Assembly: GCA_048938385.1 (NCBI GenBank)
Contig: JBHLMG010000034.1
Span: 1 to 16,704 of the forward strand
Length of the DNA: 16,704 nt
Source: Promethearchaeota archaeon
GTDB taxonomy: Archaea > Asgardarchaeota > Hermodarchaeia > Hermodarchaeales > Hermodarchaeaceae
Direction: 5' to 3'
The notes under the pieces: generated by a model
What the model saw: the letters and a program-made list of their open reading frames with translations, nothing else
Database searches by the model: none
Told to the model about the DNA's origin: nothing
Part shown: one piece after another, positions 8,707 through 15,784 of the stretch
Numbering within the stretch: position 1 is the first letter of the stretch
Layout: each line of letters begins with the position of its first letter
Position numbers and translations under genes: made by a program

Positions 8707-10269
8707 ATGAGTCGATTTCTACGTCTTTTTCGTCCATTTGTGCGCATCATGCCGGAAGTCAAGGCACCTGACCGAAAGGTCTCATTCCGCGAAAAATTCA
8801 TTTGGACTGCGGTCATTCTTATCCTCTTCCTCGTCATGTCTAACCTCCCATTATACGGAATCAGCCCGGACTTGGGCTTCGACTACTTCTTCTGGCTCCG
8901 AACCATCCTAGCTTCTCAACGCGGCACGCTCATGGAGCTTGGGATTGGTCCAATTGTCACCGCAGGCCTCATAATGCAGCTCCTCGTGGGATCACAACTC
9001 ATCCGTGTAGATATGTCTGATCCTTACATGCGGTCACTCTATACCGGTGCACAGAAAGTACTCGCCATCTTCATGACAGCCTTCCAAACCATTGCTTACA
9101 TCTTCGCTGGAGCTTACGGAACATTTGGTTTACCAGCAGCGGATGGAGGTCTCCCTATCCCAAACGCGATTCTGGTCTTCTTTCAACTGATGTTTTCTGG
9201 TATCATCGTAATCCTCATGGACGAAACCATCCAAAAGGGCTGGGGCCTAGGCAGCGGTGTCAGCCTTTTCATTATGGCCAATGTCTGCAGCCAAATCCTG
9301 TGGGGCATGTTCTCCATCACCTTTGCTCAAAATGCTGACATCCCCGCAACTCCGCTTGGATTCGCAGGCATCATACCATACACCATAGCCAATTTCGCCG
9401 CTTGGTCCACTGTAGGGTTCCAACCACAGTATGTCCATCCCAATGGCCCAATCGCAAGCTGGTTCATATTATGGCTCAGACCTGAGAATCCAAGGGCGAG
9501 TATGCTCGGCGTCGTGACCACCTTTATCGTCTTCGTTTTAGTTATCATTGTCGAGTCGTATCGCGTGAATATACCCCTCCAATATGCACGCTACCGAGGA
9601 TTCAGAGGACAGTACCCCATCAAACTGCTCTATGTATCTAACATTCCTGTTATCTTTACACAGGCCTTATACGCTAACATCCTCTTCATCACCCAAATCC
9701 TTTGGACCAACCCTGGATTAGGTTTAGCTGATGGGACGAATCCGCTCGCTTTTTGGTTCGGGATTATCGCACGCTATACGGCTGCGGAACAAGGCAACTA
9801 CCTCATACCTGACCCCCTCACTTTCGTTTGGTTCCTCACGCCACCCACAGGGCTCGTTGAAATTCTCTACACTGAGATACCTGGATTGGGTATTATTCGA
9901 GGTGTTGGCTATGGTATCCTCCTTGTTCTCTTCTGTGCTGGATTTGCTCGGCTCTGGATTGATGTCTCGGGTATTGGACCCCGTGATATTTCCCGGCAGC
10001 TCATCGGTGCAGGTATGCAAGTTCCCGGCTTCCGTCGCTCACCCCAAGTCATCGAGAAAATCCTACAACGCTATATTCCCGTCGTTGCCGTTCTTGGCGG
10101 TATCATCATCGGCGTCCTTGCGGCCGGAGCTGACTTCCTCGGCGCCCTCAGCTCGGGCATTGGGATCCTCTTAGCCGTAGGCATACTTCGCCAATACTTC
10201 GAGATATTAGCAAAAGAGCAGTTGAGCGAGATGCACCCGATGATGCGGGGTCTACTGGGATTAGAATAG
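8707..10269 (+). CDS. secY: Preprotein translocase SecY/Sec61alpha
   Basis: GTLMELGIGPIVTAGLIMQLL, KGWGLGSGVSLFI, YPIKLLYVSNIPVI, GILLAVGI; multiple hydrophobic segments. Confidence 0.98.
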   Translation: MSRFLRLFRPFVRIMPEVKAPDRKVSFREKFIWTAVILILFLVMSNLPLYGISPDLGFDYFFWLRTILASQRGTLMELGIGPIVTAGLIMQLLVGSQLIRVDMSDPYMRSLYTGAQKVLAIFMTAFQTIAYIFAGAYGTFGLPAADGGLPIPNAILVFFQLMFSGIIVILMDETIQKGWGLGSGVSLFIMANVCSQILWGMFSITFAQNADIPATPLGFAGIIPYTIANFAAWSTVGFQPQYVHPNGPIASWFILWLRPENPRASMLGVVTTFIVFVLVIIVESYRVNIPLQYARYRGFRGQYPIKLLYVSNIPVIFTQALYANILFITQILWTNPGLGLADGTNPLAFWFGIIARYTAAEQGNYLIPDPLTFVWFLTPPTGLVEILYTEIPGLGIIRGVGYGILLVLFCAGFARLWIDVSGIGPRDISRQLIGAGMQVPGFRRSPQVIEKILQRYIPVVAVLGGIIIGVLAAGADFLGALSSGIGILLAVGILRQYFEILAKEQLSEMHPMMRGLLGLE

Positions 10270-10305
10270 GAATAGTCTAGTTTTGTGTGGACATCAGGTT
10301 GGCTC

Positions 10306-10320
10306 GAAAAGCTCTTAAGG
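10306..10320 (+). promoter_or_regulatory. Possible BRE/TATA promoter for the adk-cbf5 sub-operon
   Basis: GAAAAGCTCTTAAGG in the secY-adk gap, about 45 nt upstream of ATG 10361. Confidence 0.45.
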
Positions 10321-10360
10321 GTAGGACCGAGATTGTGCCCGCTCGTTGGTGGTCGATGCT

Positions 10361-10948
10361 ATGCAAGTACGAAAAGTAGTCGTAGTCAGCGGTGTTCCTG
10401 GCGTTGGAAAGACGACAGTCGTCACGGATGCGATACGAAAGGTCGAAGATCGACTGAATGTGTCGTTGATTACCTATGGATCGGTCATGTTTGAGATTGC
10501 AAAGAAGCAGCGCCTTGTTGAAAACAGAGATGAGGTGCGGAAACTACCCATTACGAAACAACGCGAAGTCCAAAAACTAGCAGGTGAACGGATTGCCGCG
10601 ATGAGTCGTTCTCAGGTTGTGGTTGTGGATACACACACCTTGATTCAGACTTCGGAAGGGGGATTTCTCATTGGACTACCACAATGGGTAGCAGAAGCCA
10701 TTAGACCAGCATCGCTTGTGTTGGTTGAGGCTGATCCCAAGAACATCGCATCGCGTCGTGCCAAGGATGAATCGCGAACACGAGATGAACAGCTCATTAG
10801 GAGTATAGCGATGCATCAAGAGTTATCACGGGCTGCTGCTATTGCTGTAGGAACCTTAACTGGTGCTACCGTAATGATTCTTAAGAATGTAGAGGGTAAA
10901 GCAGAAGAAGCAGCAACCGCCTTTGCTGAGTTGCTCCTGAAGGTCTGA
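10361..10948 (+). CDS. adkA: Archaeal adenylate kinase
   Basis: GVPGVGKTT P-loop, RDEVRKLP, VVDTH, GLP, RR.KDESR.RD; follows secY. Confidence 0.95.
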   Translation: MQVRKVVVVSGVPGVGKTTVVTDAIRKVEDRLNVSLITYGSVMFEIAKKQRLVENRDEVRKLPITKQREVQKLAGERIAAMSRSQVVVVDTHTLIQTSEGGFLIGLPQWVAEAIRPASLVLVEADPKNIASRRAKDESRTRDEQLIRSIAMHQELSRAAAIAVGTLTGATVMILKNVEGKAEEAATAFAELLLKV

Positions 10949-10953
10949 TAACA

Positions 10954-11571
10954 ATGCAGAATATTTTCATCGACATCGCTCTCGGACTTCGAATCGCAAT
11001 GGGTCCTTGGGCGTATCCACCTTTAGCTGCAGTAGTAGTTCTTCTCGTTAGCGTTATGATTTCTTTGATTTCGAATTTAGTGAATCGTCATTTTATCGAC
11101 TATGAACGGTTGGGTCGAGCACGACAGGAAATCAAGAAATGGCAGGATATGAAGCGTCAAGCGGAGCAGGAAACTGATCCGAGGTTGAAACGGAAGCTCG
11201 ACATGAAAGTGAAACGTCGTGAACGCTATGTTATGAAATTACAGACCGAAACTAGCAAACAGTCTTTCCTGCCAATGGTGGTCACTATTATTCCCTTCAT
11301 GTTAGTCTTCATAATTATGAATGGTATATTCGTTGACCCTTTCACCTTTCCTGGTGAAGCCATTCCTGGTCCCGTTTTGTATTCACCACTTAACTTCGCT
11401 CAAATCCTGGGCTCCTTAGGTTTGGGATTTGGGTGGCAATACGGGCAATGGCCACTGGTACCCCTTGGTGGTATGGGCCTGCTCTACATCTACTGGTACA
11501 TCATCTGCAGCTTTACCTTCAATCTTGTCATTCAGAAATTCTTAGGCACTAGTATGACCTCAGGATACTGA
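10954..11571 (+). CDS. DUF106 / EMC3-TMCO1 (Oxa1 superfamily) membrane protein
   Basis: TM helix, charged coiled coil, PMVVTIIPF..F, then YWYIICSF; conserved location after adk. Confidence 0.85.
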   Translation: MQNIFIDIALGLRIAMGPWAYPPLAAVVVLLVSVMISLISNLVNRHFIDYERLGRARQEIKKWQDMKRQAEQETDPRLKRKLDMKVKRRERYVMKLQTETSKQSFLPMVVTIIPFMLVFIIMNGIFVDPFTFPGEAIPGPVLYSPLNFAQILGSLGLGFGWQYGQWPLVPLGGMGLLYIYWYIICSFTFNLVIQKFLGTSMTSGY

Positions 11572-11590
11572 AATCAACAAGGGTGATATC

Positions 11591-12145
11591 ATGCCCCTTA
11601 CGATTACAGTCAGTGGATTACACGGAGCAGGTAAAACGACGGTGGCAAAGGCTTTAGCTGAAACTTTCAACCTTCGATATGTCTCAGGTGGTATGATTTT
11701 TCGCCAACTCGCTCAGGAAAAAGGCATCTCTTTGTCAGAACTAAGCCAAATTGCAGAAAAAGATCCTCATATCGACCAAGAAATCGATGCACGAACCCAA
11801 CAAGAAGCCGAAAAAGGAAATGTAGTAATCGACGCTTACATCGCAGGATGGATTGCACGACGTTTTACTGACTTGAAAATCTACCTTCACGCCCCACAGG
11901 ATGTGAGAGCCCTACGCATTGCAACGCGTGAAAAACGGTCCATAGAAGAGGTGTTAGAAGAAACCCGGGTACGCGAGGATAGCGAGCAACACAGGTTTTA
12001 CGAGTTTTACGGTATTGATGTGTTGGATCTTCGACTCTACGATGTGGTACTAAATACTGAAAATATCAACGCGGTAGCGTCGATAGATATTTGTACTACG
12101 GCAGTGAAGGCGTACCTTGCGTCCTCCGGGACGACTATTGAATGA
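11591..12145 (+). CDS. cmk: Cytidylate kinase (archaeal type)
   Basis: ITVSGLHGAGKTT, SGG.IFRQLA.E.G, IDQEID, RIATRE, FYGID..DL..YD. Confidence 0.93.
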   Translation: MPLTITVSGLHGAGKTTVAKALAETFNLRYVSGGMIFRQLAQEKGISLSELSQIAEKDPHIDQEIDARTQQEAEKGNVVIDAYIAGWIARRFTDLKIYLHAPQDVRALRIATREKRSIEEVLEETRVREDSEQHRFYEFYGIDVLDLRLYDVVLNTENINAVASIDICTTAVKAYLASSGTTIE

Positions 12146-12198
12146 GGCTGTCGCGGCAACACGATAGCTGACTGTCAACCGGTGGAGGAACGATCTCT

Positions 12199-12474
12199 AT
12201 GAGTTTAGTTGAAGTTGGACGAGTGTGTGTAAAAACACATGGTCGTGAAACAGGGCATAAATGCGTTGTAGTTGAACGAATCGATAAGAGTTTCGTGCTT
12301 ATCACGGGACCCAAAGAGGTCACTGGCGTACGTCGCCGCAGGGCGAATGTTGATCACTTGACCCCTACTAAGAAGAAAGTGGACATTAAAGCTGGCGCAG
12401 AGGATCAAGCAGTGATGAAGGCACTGGAAGGCGCTAAACTCCAAGACTTTATGAAAGAAAAAACGGAGGAGTAA
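12199..12474 (+). CDS. rpl14e: 50S ribosomal protein eL14
   Basis: EVGRVCVKTHGRETG.KCVVV, FVLITGPK..TGVRRRR.N..HL.PT. Confidence 0.96.
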   Translation: MSLVEVGRVCVKTHGRETGHKCVVVERIDKSFVLITGPKEVTGVRRRRANVDHLTPTKKKVDIKAGAEDQAVMKALEGAKLQDFMKEKTEE

Positions 12475-12509
12475 TTCCCTAGTCCTATGGGCTGAAGAGG
12501 TCCTCGGTT

Positions 12510-13558
12510 ATGACGAAATCATGGCTACCTGCTGACAAGGAACGCAAACTCTTAACTCGCGCCGAGGACACCACTAACCCGGCTTATGGTCAGAACCCCC
12601 AGGAACGATCCATCTCTGACCTTTTGCAGGATGGGATCATCAACCTGGATAGCTTGTTCTAAAGAGTCCTTGGCTCTTTTCAAGCCCAGAAAAACCTCCT
12701 GGACCGACCAGCCATGAAGTGGTGTCCTGGGTCAAACGAATCTTGAACCTTGAACGCGCAGGTCATTCCGGTACCCTAGATCCTCAAGTTACTGGTGTTC
12801 TTCCTGTCATGTTAGGTAACGCAACAAAAATCGCAAACGCCTTACTCACCTCAGGAAAAGAATATGTCTGCATAATGCGTCTGCACCGACAGGAATCAGA
12901 GAAAAAGGTGCGCCAAGCCGTACAAGAATTTGTTGGAACCATCTATCAACGCCCTCCCCTTCGGTCCTCAGTTAAACGTCGAATCCGAACTCGCGAAATC
13001 TACTACATAGAGATTCTTGAAATTGAGGATCAGAATGTCTTATTTCGTGTCGGTTGCCAAGCTGGCACTTATATCCGGAAATTGGTCGCTGATATCGGTA
13101 CGGTGTTGGGCGGTGGCGCGCACATGGCAGAGCTTCGCCGTACACGAACAGGCCCCTTCAAAGAAGATGCAAGTCTAGCTACCCTTTATGATGTCATCGA
13201 TGCAGTTCATTTCTGGAAGGAAGAAAAGAATGAGCAACTCCTACGCCAATATATCTACCCTCTCGAGAATGGGGTGCAACATCTTCCCCACATCATCATC
13301 CGAGACACCGCTGTCGACGCTTTATGTCATGGGGCGAATTTAGCCGCTACTGGCGTATTATCGCTCCACGATGATATTAAAACAGGAGACACGATCGGAG
13401 TCAAGACCTTAAAAGGTGAACTGGTCGCCTTGGCAGTTGCGCAATTACCTACTCAGCAGATCCTTGAAGCCAGTTCTGGCATTGTTGCCAACACTTCACG
13501 CGTCATTTTACCTATTGGTACCTATCCTTCGATGTGGCGACGAAAATCCCGATCATAG
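12510..13558 (+). CDS. cbf5: H/ACA RNA-guided pseudouridine synthase Cbf5, two exons: join(12510..12650,12692..13558), 335 aa
   Basis: Exon 1 reads MTKSWLPADKERKLLTRAEDTTNPAYGQNPQERSISDLLQDGIINLD. Exon 2 reads KPPGPTSHEVVSWVKRIL...GHSGTLDP...RPPLRSSVKR...AGTYIRKL...ELRRTRTG and ends in a PUA domain. The exons are in different frames. Confidence 0.93.
12651..12691 (+). other. Predicted 41-nt BHB-type (tRNA splicing endonuclease) mRNA intron in cbf5
   Basis: Central helix CTGG(12645-48)/CCAG(12686-89); bulges ATA(12649-51) and AAA(12690-92); intron stem GCTTG(12652-56)/CAAGC(12681-85). Removal restores GAT-AAA-CCT-CCT (DKPP). Confidence 0.9.
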
Positions 13559-13562
13559 AATA

Positions 13563-13678
13563 TGGCGCCGCGGATGGGATTCGAACCCATGAGACCCGAA
13601 GGTCACAGGCTGTTTGGTTCTTGGTTGTAAGTGAAGCAAATTCCAGGCCTGCGCCGTAAACCACTTGGCTACCGCGGC
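13563..13678 (-). tRNA. tRNA-Ser(GGA) with a 29-nt intron at 37/38 and encoded CCA
   Basis: Reverse complement reads GCCGCGG-TA-GCC..TGG..GGC-G-CAGGC-CTGGAA-[intron]-A-GCCTG, long variable arm GACC-TTCG-GGTC, ATGGG-TTCGAAT-CCCAT, CCGCGGC-G-CCA. G73 discriminator and the long arm fit Ser. Confidence 0.95.
13612..13640 (-). other. tRNA-Ser intron (TTTGCTTCACTTACAACCAAGAACCAAAC)
   Basis: Removal gives a 7-nt anticodon loop CTGGAAA. Relaxed BHB: UGG of the loop pairs with intron CCA, with a C32-A mismatch. Confidence 0.88.
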
Positions 13679-13705
13679 TCGGCGTTCATTTCAAGCACCT
13701 TTACC

Positions 13706-13718
13706 TTTAAAGATTTAG
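13706..13718 (-). promoter_or_regulatory. Probable TATA box for tRNA-Ser
   Basis: On the - strand, TTTAAA lies 28-33 nt upstream of the mature tRNA 5' end. Confidence 0.55.
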
Positions 13719-13790
13719 TTGAAACTGTGTTCCCTTGACCTTCCAGACAGGACAGCCTCTCAAAGAACCCGATTAGAAGGGCAAGTCAAG

Positions 13791-13806
13791 CCAACACATT
13801 TAAAAG
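13791..13806 (+). promoter_or_regulatory. Probable TATA promoter for the rps13-rps4-rps11-rpoD operon
   Basis: CCAACACATTTAAAAG about 60 nt upstream of the rps13 start; SD-like GAGGTG at 13852-13857. Confidence 0.55.
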
Positions 13807-13862
13807 CGGTTCTGTATTTCGATTGCGATAGCTCATGAGCTAGTGCTATTTGAGGTGCTAAT

Positions 13863-14321
13863 TTGTCATCCTCGTATCGACATATCATCCGAGTGGCTCG
13901 GACTGACCTAGATGGAAGCTTCAAGCTCGATCAAGCACTAAGTGCTGTAAAAGGCGTCGGGCAACGGCTAGCTCGGGCTATAATTGAAGCTGCAGGTCTA
14001 AATCCCGAACAACGGGCAGGTTACATCACAGATGAAGATGTTAAAAAAATTGAAGAAGTCCTTAAAACCCCGGATAAATTTGGGATACCGCATTGGATGT
14101 TGAATCGGCAAAAAGACATGACTTCAGGGGAAAACAAACATCTCATTGGTGCAGATCTTGATTTTCAGAACAAGATGGACATCGATTATTTGATGAAAAC
14201 CAAGAATTGGCGTGGTATTCGTCACAGTCTTGGATTAAAAGTCCGTGGACAACGGACCCGCTGTACGGGCAGAAAAGGACGTACAGTCGGAGTTAAAAGA
14301 AAACGATTGAGTCCCAGGTGA
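13863..14321 (+). CDS. rps13: 30S ribosomal protein uS13 (TTG start)
   Basis: HIIRVARTDLDG, KGVG, IPHWMLNRQKD..SG, WRGIRH..GLKVRGQRT. Confidence 0.97.
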   Translation: MSSSYRHIIRVARTDLDGSFKLDQALSAVKGVGQRLARAIIEAAGLNPEQRAGYITDEDVKKIEEVLKTPDKFGIPHWMLNRQKDMTSGENKHLIGADLDFQNKMDIDYLMKTKNWRGIRHSLGLKVRGQRTRCTGRKGRTVGVKRKRLSPR

Positions 14322-14329
14322 ATCGGCTA

Positions 14330-15076
14330 ATGGGTGGAATTCGAAAACCAAAGAAGAAATATCTGCCACCGGGTCATCCTTGGCAAAAAAACCGCCTTGC
14401 TGAAGAGCTGATTTACATTGGCGAATATGGGCTGCGGAATAAACGCGAACTATGGCGTCATCGCACACTCTTGACGAGATTTCGCGGAACAGCACGAGAT
14501 TTAGTAGCACTCCCCGCAGAGGTGCGTGGAATCGGAGAGCCCCAGCTCCTTGGACGACTGAGTCGCCTCGGCCTTATTGAAGAGCATTCTCAACTGGATG
14601 ATGTTTTGAATCTCACAATTCGCGACATCTTGGAACGGCGGCTCCAAACCCAGGTCCAACGACAAGGACTTGCCAAAACTATGCACCATGCTCGGCAGCT
14701 CATAGTTCATGGTCATATCACCCTTGACGGACACCGTGTAACATCGCCTGGGATGCTTCTTTATCGAGATACTGAAAAGCGACTTGAATACGCCCCTGGA
14801 AGTCCCTATCGCACCCCCAATCACCCCGAGCTACCTAAAGGCGAAGCTGTAGCTCCCTCTCCTAAAGCTCCTGAAACTTCAAAGGACCAACCCGAAAAGA
14901 TCACGGTGAAAATCCCTAAGGTTCGGGATATCAAAGAAGTGGTCCTCAAAGACGAGGAGGACGAATCTGAGGAGCCTCATTTAGAGGAAGCAGAAGCAGA
15001 TGTACCGGAGTCAAAGAAGGAAAAGACAGCCGAGGGAAAGAAACCGAGCGAAGGAAAGAAAGAAGAGGTAAGCTGA
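14330..15076 (+). CDS. rps4: 30S ribosomal protein uS4 with charged/acidic C-terminal extension
   Basis: HPWQ, YGLRNKRELWR, LERRLQT, ARQLIVHGHI; ATG at 14330 preferred as start. Confidence 0.97.
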   Translation: MGGIRKPKKKYLPPGHPWQKNRLAEELIYIGEYGLRNKRELWRHRTLLTRFRGTARDLVALPAEVRGIGEPQLLGRLSRLGLIEEHSQLDDVLNLTIRDILERRLQTQVQRQGLAKTMHHARQLIVHGHITLDGHRVTSPGMLLYRDTEKRLEYAPGSPYRTPNHPELPKGEAVAPSPKAPETSKDQPEKITVKIPKVRDIKEVVLKDEEDESEEPHLEEAEADVPESKKEKTAEGKKPSEGKKEEVS

Positions 15077-15109
15077 TTATCCAAAGAAAATGCAGGTTGA
15101 TGATGGCTA

Positions 15110-15748
15110 ATGGCTAAGGAAAACGAGGCTTCAACAAAATCCAAGTCGGTAAGGAAGGAAAAGAAAAAGGACCCACCGGCTCAGGAGGACACCAAAGCCG
15201 AAGAAGCAGTTCCTCCAGTGGAAGAAACTACTGCTCAAGAGAAACCTGCTCCTGCTAAGAAAAGAGCTGCTAAAAAACCAGAAAAAGAAGAAGAGAAACC
15301 TCGGGGACGACGACGCACTCGGTCCAGCACTCGGCCTGCCCGCACTCCCACACCTGTTGACAGCGAGGAAAAATGGGGTGTTGCACACATTTACAGCTCT
15401 TATAACGATACGATTGTACATATTACAGATATCACAGGGGCTGAAACAATCGCCAGGGTTTCAGGTGGGATGATCGTGAGGGCAGATCGAGATGAAAGTT
15501 CACCTTATGCTGCTATGCAAGCGGCTTTTCGTGCTGCCCGAGCAGCCATGGATCGCGAAATCACTCGTGTGAATATTAAAGTTCGGGCTCCTGGTGGACA
15601 CGGTCCGAAAACGCCTGGTCCTGGGGCTCAAGCGGCTATTCGTGCTCTAGCCCGTGCAGGACTTCGAATAGGCAGAATAGAAGAAGTAACGCCAATGCCC
15701 CATGATGGTACACGACGTCCTGGAGGACGCCGAGGTCGGAGAGTCTAG
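15110..15748 (+). CDS. rps11: 30S ribosomal protein uS11 with ~85-aa charged N-terminal extension
   Basis: [48 protein letters not shown]. Confidence 0.97.
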   Translation: MAKENEASTKSKSVRKEKKKDPPAQEDTKAEEAVPPVEETTAQEKPAPAKKRAAKKPEKEEEKPRGRRRTRSSTRPARTPTPVDSEEKWGVAHIYSSYNDTIVHITDITGAETIARVSGGMIVRADRDESSPYAAMQAAFRAARAAMDREITRVNIKVRAPGGHGPKTPGPGAQAAIRALARAGLRIGRIEEVTPMPHDGTRRPGGRRGRRV

Positions 15749-15784
15749 TCGTTAGCAGGTAGGGCAAGATAGAGAGGTGAAAAT

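Noticed and set aside
9310-9500. SecY insertion as a second, in-frame intron or intein
   Set aside because: I saw no BHB pairing or intein terminal motifs; it reads as an ordinary loop.
10285-10494. 69-aa ORF between secY and adk
   Set aside because: It overlaps adk in another frame and covers the likely promoter; no recognisable family.
10280-12200. Apparent G/T-richer composition of adk-DUF106-cmk suggesting horizontal transfer
   Set aside because: Only an impression by eye, not quantified. The genes are in their ancestral syntenic position, and lower expression or amino-acid composition could explain it.
12719-13558. 279-aa GTG-start ORF as the full cbf5, or cbf5 as a frameshifted pseudogene / programmed frameshift
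   Set aside because: This ORF lacks the N-terminal domain and motif I. The exons join with no missing or extra residues only if exactly 41 nt are removed, matching BHB cut sites. A simple slip would have to precede the TAA at 12660 and would leave about 13 extra residues inside a conserved motif.
13558-13600. tRNA 3' end as an integration (att) site
   Set aside because: No duplicated tRNA fragment, integrase or foreign genes in the window.
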